From Candidatus Bilamarchaeum sp. (GTDB lineage: Archaea; Micrarchaeota; Micrarchaeia; Anstonellales; Bilamarchaeaceae): a DNA stretch of 64,000 nucleotides. Under the pieces are notes generated by a model. That model searched no databases, was not told the DNA's origin, and saw only the letters and a list, made by a program, of their open reading frames with translations. Position numbers and translations under genes: made by a program. Where the stretch lies: contig DATIFM010000024.1 in assembly GCA_035455205.1 (NCBI GenBank), positions 5,959 through 69,958 on the forward strand. The letters run 5' to 3'. Below, one piece after another: positions 17,417 through 25,943 of the stretch; within the stretch, counting starts at the first letter, position 1; each line of letters starts with the position of its first letter.

Positions 17417-17450
17417 TGTTACAAATAGATACCAAGTTGTTACAAATAGA
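17417..17450. promoter_or_regulatory. 13-nt direct repeat TGTTACAAATAGA x2 (21-nt phase) in a divergent intergenic region
   Basis: Exact copies at 17417-17429 and 17438-17450, between the arg-cluster start (17355, minus strand) and the HTH/ACT gene start (17465, plus strand). Confidence 0.4.
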
Positions 17451-17464
17451 ACAAAGGTGGCGCA

Positions 17465-18064
17465 TTGGACAACATCTCACAGCTCGTATGGCTTTACGTG
17501 AAGCAGAGGCCCTTCCTCAAGGAGATACTGCGGGAAAGGATAGTGAATTTCTCGGCGCTCTCGCGCAAGATATCCTCCGAGGCCCTCGGCAGCCCCCGGC
17601 ACGCCAACGCCGTGAAGATGGCCCTCGTGCGCCTCTCGCACAGGATGGAGAGGAGCGAGGACGACCTCGAGGGCAAGATACTCGACGTCCTGCGCCGCAG
17701 CTCTCTTTCCATCCGGACGAAGGTCGCCGTGGTCATCAGCTCCCGCGAGATCGAGGGCCTGAAATACCTCTCTTACGCCGAAAGCCGGGGCGTCATCACT
17801 TACGTGATAGAGGAAAAGGAGCTGGAGAAGGTCGGCCGCTCCCGCACCATACTCAGCACAGAGACGAACCTCAACCTGATTTCAATACACAGCCCGCTCG
17901 AGCTGGAGGGCACGCCCGGCGTGATAGCCCACGTGCTCGACGCGTTCGCGGCCGAGGGCATCAACATAGCCGAGTTCCTCTCGTGCTACACGGACACCCT
18001 CCTCGTGGTGAAGCAGGCGGATACCGAAAGAGTCTACAAGATACTTTCAAGCATCATGGCTTGA
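17465..18064 (+). CDS. ACT-domain protein with N-terminal HTH-like region (putative small-molecule-responsive regulator)
   Basis: 199 aa. The C-terminal 'LEGTPGVIAHVLDAFAAEGINIAEFLSCYTDTLLVV' is an ACT-like beta-alpha-beta-beta-alpha-beta pattern. The N-terminal 'LKEILRERIVNFSALSRKIS' is helix-turn-helix-like. Confidence 0.5.
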   Translation: MDNISQLVWLYVKQRPFLKEILRERIVNFSALSRKISSEALGSPRHANAVKMALVRLSHRMERSEDDLEGKILDVLRRSSLSIRTKVAVVISSREIEGLKYLSYAESRGVITYVIEEKELEKVGRSRTILSTETNLNLISIHSPLELEGTPGVIAHVLDAFAAEGINIAEFLSCYTDTLLVVKQADTERVYKILSSIMA

Positions 18065-18947
18065 AGGGTATCTGCATCTGGACCTTCTTGCCGCTCGTGC
18101 CGCCGTTTTCCCATATTTCGAGCTCCAGGTAAAGCGTCGCATCCGCACCGGCTTCGCCCACATCGTAGAAAGTCAGCGTCTTCGAAACCGCCGCCCCGGG
18201 ATAGACATTGCCCAGTTCCAGCCCGTAGAGCGAAGAGGCCTCGTACTGCCTGCCGTCCATTACAAGCGCGGCATCGGTAATCGTAATCTCCTTCTTGAGC
18301 GAGCCGGCGTTCTTGACGTCCAGGTCGATTTCGTAGTCATTGTAGTATCCGTAGGTGCCGCCCTTGACCAGCTTAACCTGCACGTCGCCCACGGTTGAGC
18401 TTCCAGTGAGATTGTGGAGCTCGCCATCATAGACGTCCGAATAGTTGTAGGTGTAGTTGACGAGGTCGTAGGCCAGGAAGACCGAGCGGTTCTGCTTTAT
18501 GGTTTTCCCGCCGGAGGAAGTGTAGGTGACCTCGAGGTCGGCATAATCCGTCTGCGACTTGGCTATGCCGCTGAACATGACCTTGTGGGTGAACACCTTG
18601 TTGTCATAGAACGGGTAGCCGCTGCTCTTGTCGAAGTCGGCATCCGAGACGGCGGCGCTCCCGGAGTAAAGGATTTTGTCCTCGTCATCCTTCAGCGTGA
18701 TCTCCGCTGTGCCGTTATCCGTGACCACGTTGCCATCGGCATCCTCGAGCGTGAACTGGACGTCGTACCAGTCCTGCGACGCTGCCGCTCCGTACCCCTG
18801 CTTGATATAGAGGTAGCCTATCTTCTCGGCGCTGCCGGAGCTTTCCGTGCCGTTAGCGGCGGAGTCCCCGGGCTGGGCGACCGTCTTCCACGCCCCCGTG
18901 CATCCGAACATCAAAATGAAAACCGCAAAAAGTGCAACAAGTCTCAT
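18054..18947 (-). CDS. secreted lipobox protein (hypothetical)
   Basis: ATG at 18947 gives 'MRLVALFAVFILMFGC', a signal plus lipobox. The body is beta-rich and rich in Tyr/Asp/Gly/Thr. Confidence 0.6.
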   Translation of the reverse strand: MRLVALFAVFILMFGCTGAWKTVAQPGDSAANGTESSGSAEKIGYLYIKQGYGAAASQDWYDVQFTLEDADGNVVTDNGTAEITLKDDEDKILYSGSAAVSDADFDKSSGYPFYDNKVFTHKVMFSGIAKSQTDYADLEVTYTSSGGKTIKQNRSVFLAYDLVNYTYNYSDVYDGELHNLTGSSTVGDVQVKLVKGGTYGYYNDYEIDLDVKNAGSLKKEITITDAALVMDGRQYEASSLYGLELGNVYPGAAVSKTLTFYDVGEAGADATLYLELEIWENGGTSGKKVQMQIPFKP

Positions 18948-18949
18948 AT

Positions 18950-19735
18950 TCACACCTGCCTCGGCTTGAGCATGCCTATGGCTATGAATGCCGCTACGAG
19001 AAGCAGTGCGAACCCGGCTACCCCCGCGAAAATCAGGAGCGGGGCATTGGCCTCCTCGCTCGTCACCACAATCGCCTTCCTCTTCTCCATCATCGTCACG
19101 ACGTCGAAAGTCGCGCTGCTCCCGTTGGTCTCTAATGCGTCCTCAGCCGATGTAATCGACCCGGGCATCACTACGGTGTAAGCAGACTCGACCTTCGCCT
19201 GCCTCAGTATGGCGGCCGAAGCCTTCGCAGAAGTGTCCGTAAATTTGGTTTCCTCGTTGTCGAGGTAATTGCCGAAGGTGTTCCCGTAGGAGCCCTCCGA
19301 GCTGCTCCCGTAGGGCGTGTCGTAATAGTCCCCGTAATAATCATCGTAAGAGCCTGACGAGGAGCCGCCGAAGATTTCGCTGCTCTTGTCCAGGTTCTCG
19401 GTGAAATCAGGCATGCGGTCTATTGTGAGCCTGTACCTCTTGAAGAATATGTCGTCCTTCGTCTCGAACGTATAGAACGCGTCGGAAGGCTTGAACGTCT
19501 TCTTGATTGTGACGATGCCGTCCTCTTCCATGCACACGACGCCTACGTAGGCGCCGCAAATGTTTTCGAGCGTGTCGCTGCCGCCGTATGCGCTCCCGGA
19601 AGCAAGCAGTATGGAGAGGTCCGTGACCTGGGTTATCTCCGCGCTCCCGTCAGCGTTCTGCTTGTGGGTGGTTTCCACCGACAGGCAGCCGGACAGCATT
19701 AATCCCAATGCCAGAACTAGCCATGCCCCCCTCAT
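18950..19735 (-). CDS. surface protein with lipobox signal and C-terminal TM anchor (paralogue of 25185-25913)
   Basis: 'LALGLMLSGC' lipobox and C-terminal 'LLIFAGVAGFALLLVAAFIAIGML' followed by KPRQV. Shares 'ILRQ...YTVVMP...TFDVV...IVVTSEE' with the 25185-25913 protein. Confidence 0.6.
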   Translation of the reverse strand: MRGAWLVLALGLMLSGCLSVETTHKQNADGSAEITQVTDLSILLASGSAYGGSDTLENICGAYVGVVCMEEDGIVTIKKTFKPSDAFYTFETKDDIFFKRYRLTIDRMPDFTENLDKSSEIFGGSSSGSYDDYYGDYYDTPYGSSSEGSYGNTFGNYLDNEETKFTDTSAKASAAILRQAKVESAYTVVMPGSITSAEDALETNGSSATFDVVTMMEKRKAIVVTSEEANAPLLIFAGVAGFALLLVAAFIAIGMLKPRQV

Positions 19736-19814
19736 ACTCGTTCATTTGCCTAAAAATGTTTTTAAACGTGTCTAGAATTGGTAAAGTAACTTACTTTTCA
19801 GTTATTGGCTGTTT

Positions 19815-19835
19815 GCGAACCCCCGGAGGGTTCGC
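19815..19835. repeat. AACCC-loop-GGGTT hairpin (copy 3, in the 3' trailer of tRNA-Arg-CCT)
   Basis: GCGAACCCCCGGAGGGTTCGC. Confidence 0.7.
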
Positions 19836-19849
19836 CGAATGAACAAAAA

Positions 19850-19975
19850 CGGGCCAGGTGAGATTTGAACTCACGACCTTCACCTTCCGCCTTTTGGGAA
19901 AAGGCGGCCCAAAACTGCCTCTCCATTTCCCGAAAATAGGACGGTGCCGCTCTATCCAAGCTGAGCTACAGGCCC
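19850..19975 (-). tRNA. tRNA-Arg (anticodon CCT) with one ~50-nt intron at 37/38
   Basis: Reverse complement reads GGGCCTGTAGCTCAGCTTGGATAGAGCGGCACCGTCCTA-[intron]-AGGTGAAGGTCGTGAGTTCAAATCTCACCTGGCCCG. One U-U mismatch in the acceptor stem and one in the anticodon stem. Confidence 0.8.
19887..19915. repeat. intron module copy d (forward relative to its minus-strand tRNA)
   Basis: The minus strand reads GTTTTGGGCCGCCTTTTCCCAAAAGGCGG. Confidence 0.85.
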
Positions 19976-20076
19976 AAATTTTCCCACAATCTGACTAGGA
20001 AAATGCCCCGAGGGTTACCTCAGAATATCGGATATGTCCCCATGAGTTTAAAAACCGTTTTTCGCATTTTTGAAGC

Positions 20077-20838
20077 ATGATCCTGCAACTCTCCGGGCTT
20101 ATCAGCCGTGCTGTCGAGCAGACCCTCGAAGACCGGATAGCTGTATCATTCTCGGGCGGACTGGACTCGACAGTTATCGCCGCGATAGCCAAAAAACACG
20201 CCGAGGTCGAGCTTTTCACAGCCGGCGTGGCCGGAAGCGAGGACATGGAATATGCCGAAAAGGCCGCCTCCGAGCTCGGGCTCCCGCTCCACAAGGCAAT
20301 AATCGGGGAAAGCGACGCGATAGCAGCATACGGAAAGATACACTCGCTCCTACCAATGGACTTGCTGAAGCTCGAAATACTCGTCCCCGTCTACTTCGTG
20401 GCCGAGGCCGCCGCGAGGCGCGGGCACAAGACCGTGCTTTTCGGGGCTGCGGCGGAGGAGCTGTTCGTCGGCTACGAGCGCTACTACCAGTACAGGGACG
20501 AGGGCAAGGACGTCGACTCGATACTCCGCGAGGAGTTCCGCACGCTCCCCCAGCGCGACATGGCTTACGTGAAGCGCGTCTGCAGGAGCTTCGACATCGA
20601 ATCCCGCTTCCCCCTATACAACAAGGAGCTGGCCGACATAATGTTCTCGGTTCCCCTCGAGGAGAGGATGGACGACCGGGAAATGAAAAAAGGCATCCTC
20701 CGCGAGGCTGCCAAGTATCTCGGCACGCCGTCATTGGTGCTCAGGAGGAAAAAGCGGGCGATGCAGTACGGCTCGGGCGTGCACAAGGTCCTATTGAAGA
20801 AGGCAGACGAGATAAACCGGACCTATCCGGCTTCCTGA
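20077..20838 (+). CDS. asparagine-synthetase-like PP-loop ATPase (synthetase domain only, no glutaminase domain)
   Basis: 253 aa. 'VSFSGGLDSTVIAAIA' PP-loop, 'GAAAEELFVGYERY' and 'ESRFPLYNKEL' match the AsnB C-terminal domain. Confidence 0.8.
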   Translation: MILQLSGLISRAVEQTLEDRIAVSFSGGLDSTVIAAIAKKHAEVELFTAGVAGSEDMEYAEKAASELGLPLHKAIIGESDAIAAYGKIHSLLPMDLLKLEILVPVYFVAEAAARRGHKTVLFGAAAEELFVGYERYYQYRDEGKDVDSILREEFRTLPQRDMAYVKRVCRSFDIESRFPLYNKELADIMFSVPLEERMDDREMKKGILREAAKYLGTPSLVLRRKKRAMQYGSGVHKVLLKKADEINRTYPAS

Positions 20839-21656
20839 GCCGCGCGGACGACGTTCGTTATCAGCATGGCGACGGTCATCGGCCCGACGCCGCCCGGCAC
20901 GGGCGAGCAGTGCGCTTTCTTTATGACGTTCTCGAAATCCACGTCCCCTACGGTCTTGTCGCCGACCCTCGTAGTCCCGACGTCGATGACATAAGCGCCT
21001 TCCTTGACCATTTCCGCCCTGACGAGCTTCGGGACCCCGGCGGCCGCTATGAGTATGTCCGCGTTTTTTGTGTGCTCCCCGAGGTCGCTCGTCCGGGAAT
21101 GGCATATCGTGACTGTGGCGTTCCTCTGGAGAAGCATGAACGCGAGGGGCTTTCCCACGACGTTCCCCCGGCCTATCACAGTCGCGTTCTTCCCTGCAAA
21201 ATCGACTCCGTAATATTCGAGCATCCTGATTATGCCCATCGGCGTGGCCGGCATGAACTTCTCCGATATCCCGAGGAACATCCTGCCTATGTTTGTGGAC
21301 GTCCACCCGTCCACGTCCTTGTCCGGGTGGATTGCCTCGACGATTTTATTGTAGTCGATGTGCTTCGGGAGCGGCGACTGGACTATGAAGCCGTGCACGG
21401 CCTTGTCCATGTTGAGCCTGCCAACGAGCGCGAGAAGCTCTTCCTCCCCGGTCTTCTCATCGAGCCGCTCCAGCCTCGACTCCACGCCTACGGATGCGGC
21501 CTTCTCCATCTTCTTCCTTACGTACAGCTCGGATGCAGGGTCGTTCCCGACGAGAACTATGACGAGAACCGGCTTCCTGCCCATCCTGCTCACCGCGGCC
21601 CTCGCCTCCTCGACGATTGCCGCGGCAGGCTCCCTGCCAGAAAGAGTCTTGTACAT
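20823..21656 (-). CDS. folD: bifunctional methylenetetrahydrofolate dehydrogenase / methenyl-THF cyclohydrolase
   Basis: 277 aa. 'GFIVQSPLP', 'PATPMGI', 'VIGRGNVVGKPLAFML' and 'PVPGGVGPMTVAML'. Confidence 0.93.
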   Translation of the reverse strand: MYKTLSGREPAAAIVEEARAAVSRMGRKPVLVIVLVGNDPASELYVRKKMEKAASVGVESRLERLDEKTGEEELLALVGRLNMDKAVHGFIVQSPLPKHIDYNKIVEAIHPDKDVDGWTSTNIGRMFLGISEKFMPATPMGIIRMLEYYGVDFAGKNATVIGRGNVVGKPLAFMLLQRNATVTICHSRTSDLGEHTKNADILIAAAGVPKLVRAEMVKEGAYVIDVGTTRVGDKTVGDVDFENVIKKAHCSPVPGGVGPMTVAMLITNVVRAAQEAG

Positions 21657-21811
21657 GATTGGTTCAGGCCGCCAAGTCTTTTAAATTGTTTATCGGCAAA
21701 TCAATTCGATTGGGCCTGTAGCTCAGCTAGGTTAGAGCGACGGTCTTATATGACACGATCTAATACAGTCATACTAGACTGAGTGCCTATGAAAGCCGTA
21801 GGTCCGGAGTT

Positions 21812-21840
21812 GCGCCTTTTCAAAAAAGGCGCCCCAAAAC
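21812..21840. repeat. intron module copy e (inverted orientation)
   Basis: GCGCCTTTTCAAAAAAGGCGCCCCAAAAC. Confidence 0.8.
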
Positions 21841-21848
21841 AGGCTGTT

Positions 21849-21870
21849 GAAAAACCCTTTCGGGTTTTTC
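21849..21870. repeat. AACCC-loop-GGGTT hairpin (copy 6, inside a tRNA T-loop intron)
   Basis: GAAAAACCCTTTCGGGTTTTTC. Confidence 0.7.
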
Positions 21871-21915
21871 GGTGAAAACCATTTTGCGAGCGAAGCGAGC
21901 AAAATTAGCAGGCCG

Positions 21916-21944
21916 GTTTTTGGGCGCTTTTTCCTAAAAAGCGC
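21916..21944. repeat. intron module copy f (forward)
   Basis: GTTTTTGGGCGCTTTTTCCTAAAAAGCGC. Confidence 0.85.
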
Positions 21945-22082
21945 ATCGGAATTCAAAATGGACCTCCTGTCTTTTTTTGAATACAGGATGACCATGCGGC
22001 TCTCCGCAGGCCCAATCTATTGCCCTGTGCCAGCCCTGGCCCTGCCTCACGTGTTAATAACAATGCCTGCCAGATTCGGACT

Positions 22083-23675
22083 GTGTGCGGCATAGGCGCG
22101 GTCTTCGGCAAGTCTATCGGCGACGGCGAATCGACGGTCAAAAAAAGCCTGGATGCAATCAGGCACCGGGGCTACAGCCACGATGAAATCGCGGCCGGTG
22201 AGGATTGCGCACTGGGCGCCAACCGGCTCGAAATCGTGGATTCCCCGAATGCGCGCCAGCCCCAGACGAACGAGGACCGGACAATCTTCGCGGTCTTCAA
22301 TGGCGAGATATTCAACCACAACGCCCTCAGGCAGGGGCTGGCCGCCCGGGGCCACGTCTTCAGGACGGCTTCGGATACCGAAGTCCTTGCCCATCTCTAT
22401 GAAGAGCACGGGCCCGGGATGGTGAAGATGCTCGATTCGGAGATGTTCGCGTTCTTCATCTATGACAGGCGAAGAAACTCGTTTTTCGCGGCGCGCGACC
22501 GCTATGGGGTAAAGCCGCTCTACCACGCTCTCGACTCATCCGGAAACCGCCATTTCGCATCTGAAATCAAGCAGCTTTCCCAGTTCGGAGATATCCGGAG
22601 GATAGACTTCTTCCCCCCGGGCCATTTCATGCTTGATGGCAGGCTTACACGCTATTACAGCATTCCCGGGCCCGGGGACAAGATGCCGCAAAGGAGCGAG
22701 GCGATAATCCCGCGCCTCCGGTCCCTGTTCGATTCGGCGGTGAAAAAGCGCGCCGACACGGACCTTCCGCTTTGCGTGTTCCTGAGCGGCGGGGTGGACA
22801 GCACATCCGTGCTCGCGACGGCGAGGAAATTCCATGATTCGGTCACTGCGATAACCGTCGGGCTTCCCGGCTCGCAGGACCTCGCGGTTTCGAAAAAATA
22901 CTGCTCCGAGAACGGCATACGCCATCTCACTTTCAGGCCCCCTTCGGAGAAGGAGCTGGTCCTGATGCTCCCGAAGTTCGTGCGCATCACGGAGAGCTTC
23001 GAACCTCACGTCCTCCGCTATGCGGCGGTGAACTACTTCATCGCCGAGTTTGCCGCAAAGAGCGGCTTCAGGGTAGTGCTCTCAGGGGACGGGGCCGAGG
23101 AGATATTCGCCGGCTATACTGCCTTCGACCGCGCAAAGGATTATGCGGAGGTGTCGAGGATGCTCTATTTGCTCGAAACCGGCCTCCACCGCATGCAGTT
23201 CCAGCGCGTGGACCGGATATCCATGTTCCATACCCTTGAAGTCCGGGTGCCCTTTTTCGACACGGATTTTGCAGATTACGCGATAAGGATTCCGAGCGAG
23301 CTCAAGATAAGGGACTGCGGCGGAAGGAGAGTGGAAAAATGGATATGGCGGGAGGCCATGCGGGACCGGCTTCCGAGCTACATAGCGGACCGCGGGAAAA
23401 GCGTCCTCACCGAGGGCGCCGGATACGGCATAGGCGAGGCCTCGGCCGGGATGTTCCACGAAGCCGCGAACGAATCGATAAGCGACCGGGAGCTTGCCGG
23501 ATTGAGGAGGGCGTACCCCGACTGGAACATAACCGACAAGGAGACTGCATATTACTTCCGCATGTTCCTCGATAACGGCTATGCCAAGGCCGAATTCAGC
23601 AAGGACCGGCCTTATATCCACCGCTCAAGGCTCAGCAGGCTGCAGGCGCTCGTTTCACGCGTACTCCGGCTCTAG
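22083..23675 (+). CDS. asnB: asparagine synthase (glutamine-hydrolysing)
   Basis: GTG at 22083 gives 'MCGIGAVFG', the class II amidotransferase N-terminal Cys. The track start at 22020 would overlap the tRNA. Also 'HRGYSHDE', 'FNGEIFNH', PP-loop 'VFLSGGVDST' and 'SGDGAEEIFAGY'. Confidence 0.9.
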   Translation: MCGIGAVFGKSIGDGESTVKKSLDAIRHRGYSHDEIAAGEDCALGANRLEIVDSPNARQPQTNEDRTIFAVFNGEIFNHNALRQGLAARGHVFRTASDTEVLAHLYEEHGPGMVKMLDSEMFAFFIYDRRRNSFFAARDRYGVKPLYHALDSSGNRHFASEIKQLSQFGDIRRIDFFPPGHFMLDGRLTRYYSIPGPGDKMPQRSEAIIPRLRSLFDSAVKKRADTDLPLCVFLSGGVDSTSVLATARKFHDSVTAITVGLPGSQDLAVSKKYCSENGIRHLTFRPPSEKELVLMLPKFVRITESFEPHVLRYAAVNYFIAEFAAKSGFRVVLSGDGAEEIFAGYTAFDRAKDYAEVSRMLYLLETGLHRMQFQRVDRISMFHTLEVRVPFFDTDFADYAIRIPSELKIRDCGGRRVEKWIWREAMRDRLPSYIADRGKSVLTEGAGYGIGEASAGMFHEAANESISDRELAGLRRAYPDWNITDKETAYYFRMFLDNGYAKAEFSKDRPYIHRSRLSRLQALVSRVLRL

Positions 23676-24067
23676 AGCCACTCCGCCGGCTTCTGCGATA
23701 TCCCCCTCATCATGCTCTCCACGAGGGGATTCTCTATGTCAAACAGCGGGAGCAGCGAATGCATGCAGCATACGGTGAAGGATGCGTCCCTGCCCCCGCT
23801 CCCGAAGCGGACGACGGTGCCCGGGCGCTCCAGCATCCCGAAATCCCCGCCGCTTGCCCGGAACTCGAAATTCTCCTCCTCGCTCGACTCTAACTGCCGC
23901 TCCTTCCTGTGGAGGATGAGGTAAAGAGAGAAATTCCTGGAGTTGCAAAGGACCCTGAGCCGAACGCGCCGGGAAATGAGAAGGCGCGCTATCGTTCCGC
24001 TATCGACTTCTATGAATAGTTCTGCCCGGCCCGCCTCCCCCGAGGGAGTATCGCCGTCAGACTGCAC
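23672..24067 (-). CDS. hypothetical protein
   Basis: 131-aa ORF downstream of the HMG-CoA synthase gene. No motif, and in particular no DUF35-type zinc ribbon. Confidence 0.35.
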   Translation of the reverse strand: MQSDGDTPSGEAGRAELFIEVDSGTIARLLISRRVRLRVLCNSRNFSLYLILHRKERQLESSEEENFEFRASGGDFGMLERPGTVVRFGSGGRDASFTVCCMHSLLPLFDIENPLVESMMRGISQKPAEWL

Positions 24068-24091
24068 GCTACTTTATTTTCCTGAACTTTC

Positions 24092-25132
24092 TTAATCCTT
24101 TATCTTCTTCCTGAATTTTATGTAAGTAGCGTAATCGATGTACCTCTTTTTCGCAATGTAGTCCTTTGTCTTGGGCGCCCTGTCCCTTGCCGCCTCGATT
24201 TTGTCCGTCACGGTCATGGCGAAGGAGTCGCTCCCTGCACCCGAGCCGTAAGACGTAACGAGTATCCTGCTTCCGGCCTTGGCTTCGTCCAGCACGGCGC
24301 TGAGCCCGAGCATCGAGGCACCGGAATATGTGTTGCCGATTATCGGGGTAAGCAGGCCGGCCTTCAGCTTCTCTATCGGGACGCCGAGCTTCTTCCCGAC
24401 TTCGACCGGGAACCGGCCGTTCGGCTGGTGGAAGACCACGTAATCGTAATCCGCCACCTTCGTGCCTGTCTTTTGCAAAAGGCCCATGGTGGCGTTCGTC
24501 ACGTGCTTGAAGTATGCCGGCTTGCCGGTGAATCGGCCGCCGTGCGACGGGTATTCGGCATGCTGCCTCCTCCAGAAGTCCGGAGTGTCCGTCGTGTATG
24601 AGAATGTCGCCTCGACCGTGGCCAGGGATTCCCTGTCCGGCCCGGCTATGAATGCCGCCCCCCCTGAGGCCGCCGAATACTCTAGCGCGTCTCCGGGCCT
24701 TCCCTGGGCCGTGTCTGCGCCGATTGTCATGCCGTACTCTATCATCTTTGCATCGACCATGGCAAGGACAATCTGGAGTCCTGCCGTGCCTGCCTTGCAG
24801 GCGAATTCTAGGTCCGCGCTTGTGAGGTTCGGCGTGGCTCCGAGCGCTTCCGCGACTATCGTGCCCGTGGGCTTGACGGCATACGGGTGGGACTCGCTCC
24901 CCACGTAGAGGGCGCCCATTTTCTTGGGGTTTATTCCAGCCCTCGCCAGGGCGTTCCTGGCTGCTTCGACCGATATGGTCGCCGTGTCCTCGTCCACCCC
25001 GCCGACGGCCTTCTCGATTATGCCGAGGCCGTTCTCGATGCGCTCCGGCTCCTCGCCCCACACCTTTGCGATCTCCCCGCTCTTTATCCTGTAGACCGGG
25101 ACGTAAGAACCGTAACCGACAATACCTGCCAT
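24092..25132 (-). CDS. hydroxymethylglutaryl-CoA synthase (archaeal type)
   Basis: 346 aa. '[16 protein letters not shown]', thiolase-fold '[12 protein letters not shown]' (active-site Cys), '[11 protein letters not shown]' and '[10 protein letters not shown]'. Confidence 0.9.
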   Translation of the reverse strand: MAGIVGYGSYVPVYRIKSGEIAKVWGEEPERIENGLGIIEKAVGGVDEDTATISVEAARNALARAGINPKKMGALYVGSESHPYAVKPTGTIVAEALGATPNLTSADLEFACKAGTAGLQIVLAMVDAKMIEYGMTIGADTAQGRPGDALEYSAASGGAAFIAGPDRESLATVEATFSYTTDTPDFWRRQHAEYPSHGGRFTGKPAYFKHVTNATMGLLQKTGTKVADYDYVVFHQPNGRFPVEVGKKLGVPIEKLKAGLLTPIIGNTYSGASMLGLSAVLDEAKAGSRILVTSYGSGAGSDSFAMTVTDKIEAARDRAPKTKDYIAKKRYIDYATYIKFRKKIKD

Positions 25133-25184
25133 AAGAGTTTCACCCTCGTTAAAAGTATGGAAACTATGCTGTCTGCTCCCTCTT

Positions 25185-25913
25185 TTAACCCTTCTTTTTC
25201 TTCATCGGCTTCGACCAGAAGAACGAGAAGGCGAGTGCCGCGACGGCTATCAGGCCGATGAAAAGCACGATGTAGCCGAGGTTCAGCTCCCGGCTCCTGA
25301 CCACTATCGGCTTCGACTCCTGCAGGAGCGAGACGAGGTCGAAAGTGACGGTTTTCCCGCTGACCGTGCCGGTGATATTCCCGGCATGGGCCTCGTCGAC
25401 GTCGAAAGGCATGACTATCGTGTATGTGAGGTTGGCCCGTATCTGGCGGAGGATGCCCGCGGCCTCGCGGTTGTTGGCCTCATCCTCGAAGTCTATGGGG
25501 TTGACCGAGCCGGCTCCCTCCGCGGCGCCGCTTATGTTGGCCGCTATGAGGAGCTTCGAAAGGGAGCTTGCGAACTTGTCGTTCGGTATCTTGTTTATGG
25601 TAAGCGTGTAGGCGACCTCGGGTATTCCGTATTCCGAGGAGTATGTGTAGTATCCGCCCGGAGAGAAGCTCTCGGTAATCGTGACCGTCTTGGCCTTGAC
25701 GTCCACAATGCAGTCGAGGTTCTTTCCGGATTCGCAGGCCTGCTTCATCGAGGCGAACGACTTGTTGGTAAGAACCGTCGTGAAGAGCGTGAGCTCCGAG
25801 GTCTTCGATATCGTCGAGGTGCCGTCGCGCGAAACGCTCTGGATGTATGACTGGTCCAGTGCCGCGCACGAAACCGCGAGTAGCGCAAGCAGGATTAATG
25901 CTTCCCGTCTCAT
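25185..25913 (-). CDS. surface protein with lipobox-like signal and C-terminal TM anchor (paralogue of 18950-19735)
   Basis: '[10 protein letters not shown]' signal and C-terminal '[20 protein letters not shown]' followed by SKPMKKKKG. Shares blocks with the 18950-19735 protein. Confidence 0.6.
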   Translation of the reverse strand: MRREALILLALLAVSCAALDQSYIQSVSRDGTSTISKTSELTLFTTVLTNKSFASMKQACESGKNLDCIVDVKAKTVTITESFSPGGYYTYSSEYGIPEVAYTLTINKIPNDKFASSLSKLLIAANISGAAEGAGSVNPIDFEDEANNREAAGILRQIRANLTYTIVMPFDVDEAHAGNITGTVSGKTVTFDLVSLLQESKPIVVRSRELNLGYIVLFIGLIAVAALAFSFFWSKPMKKKKG

Positions 25914-25943
25914 GCTATCCTCTGGGGGTGCAACAAATAAAAA

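Larger units (their letters stand above)
21712..22014 (+). tRNA. tRNA with apparent anticodon TAT (Ile) interrupted by about three introns (37/38 at 21751-21793, T-loop from 21812, and a third before the 3' T-stem)
   Basis: - 5' half: GGGCCTG TA GCTC AGCTAGGTTA GAGC G ACGGT CT-TAT-A.
- After the first intron: A GCCGT AGGTC CGGAG TT.
- 3' end: CTCCG CAGGCCC A at 22002-22014.
- Exact boundaries of the T-loop introns are not resolved by eye. Confidence 0.65.

Noticed and set aside
19736-20076. Integrase or mobile element expected next to tRNA genes, checked also around 4300-4740 and 21657-22082
   Set aside because: No integrase or transposase-like ORF and no duplicated tRNA 3' half (att site) were seen. 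The flanks are short intergenic regions with housekeeping neighbours.
21774-22141. Track ORFs 21774-21995 (minus), 21847-22095 (plus) and 21953-22141 (minus), and the asnB N-terminal extension from 22020
   Set aside because: They overlap the multi-intron tRNA. AsnB needs an N-terminal Met-Cys, which is provided by GTG 22083.
23672-24067. DUF35-type (OB-fold/zinc-ribbon) partner of archaeal HMG-CoA synthase
   Set aside because: The position would fit, but the 131-aa protein has no CxxC pairs and no recognisable OB pattern. I left it as a low-confidence hypothetical.
24069-25061. 330-aa minus-strand ORF overlapping the HMG-CoA synthase gene in another frame
   Set aside because: Arg/Gly/His-rich shadow frame. 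The 24092-25132 frame carries the thiolase-fold motifs.
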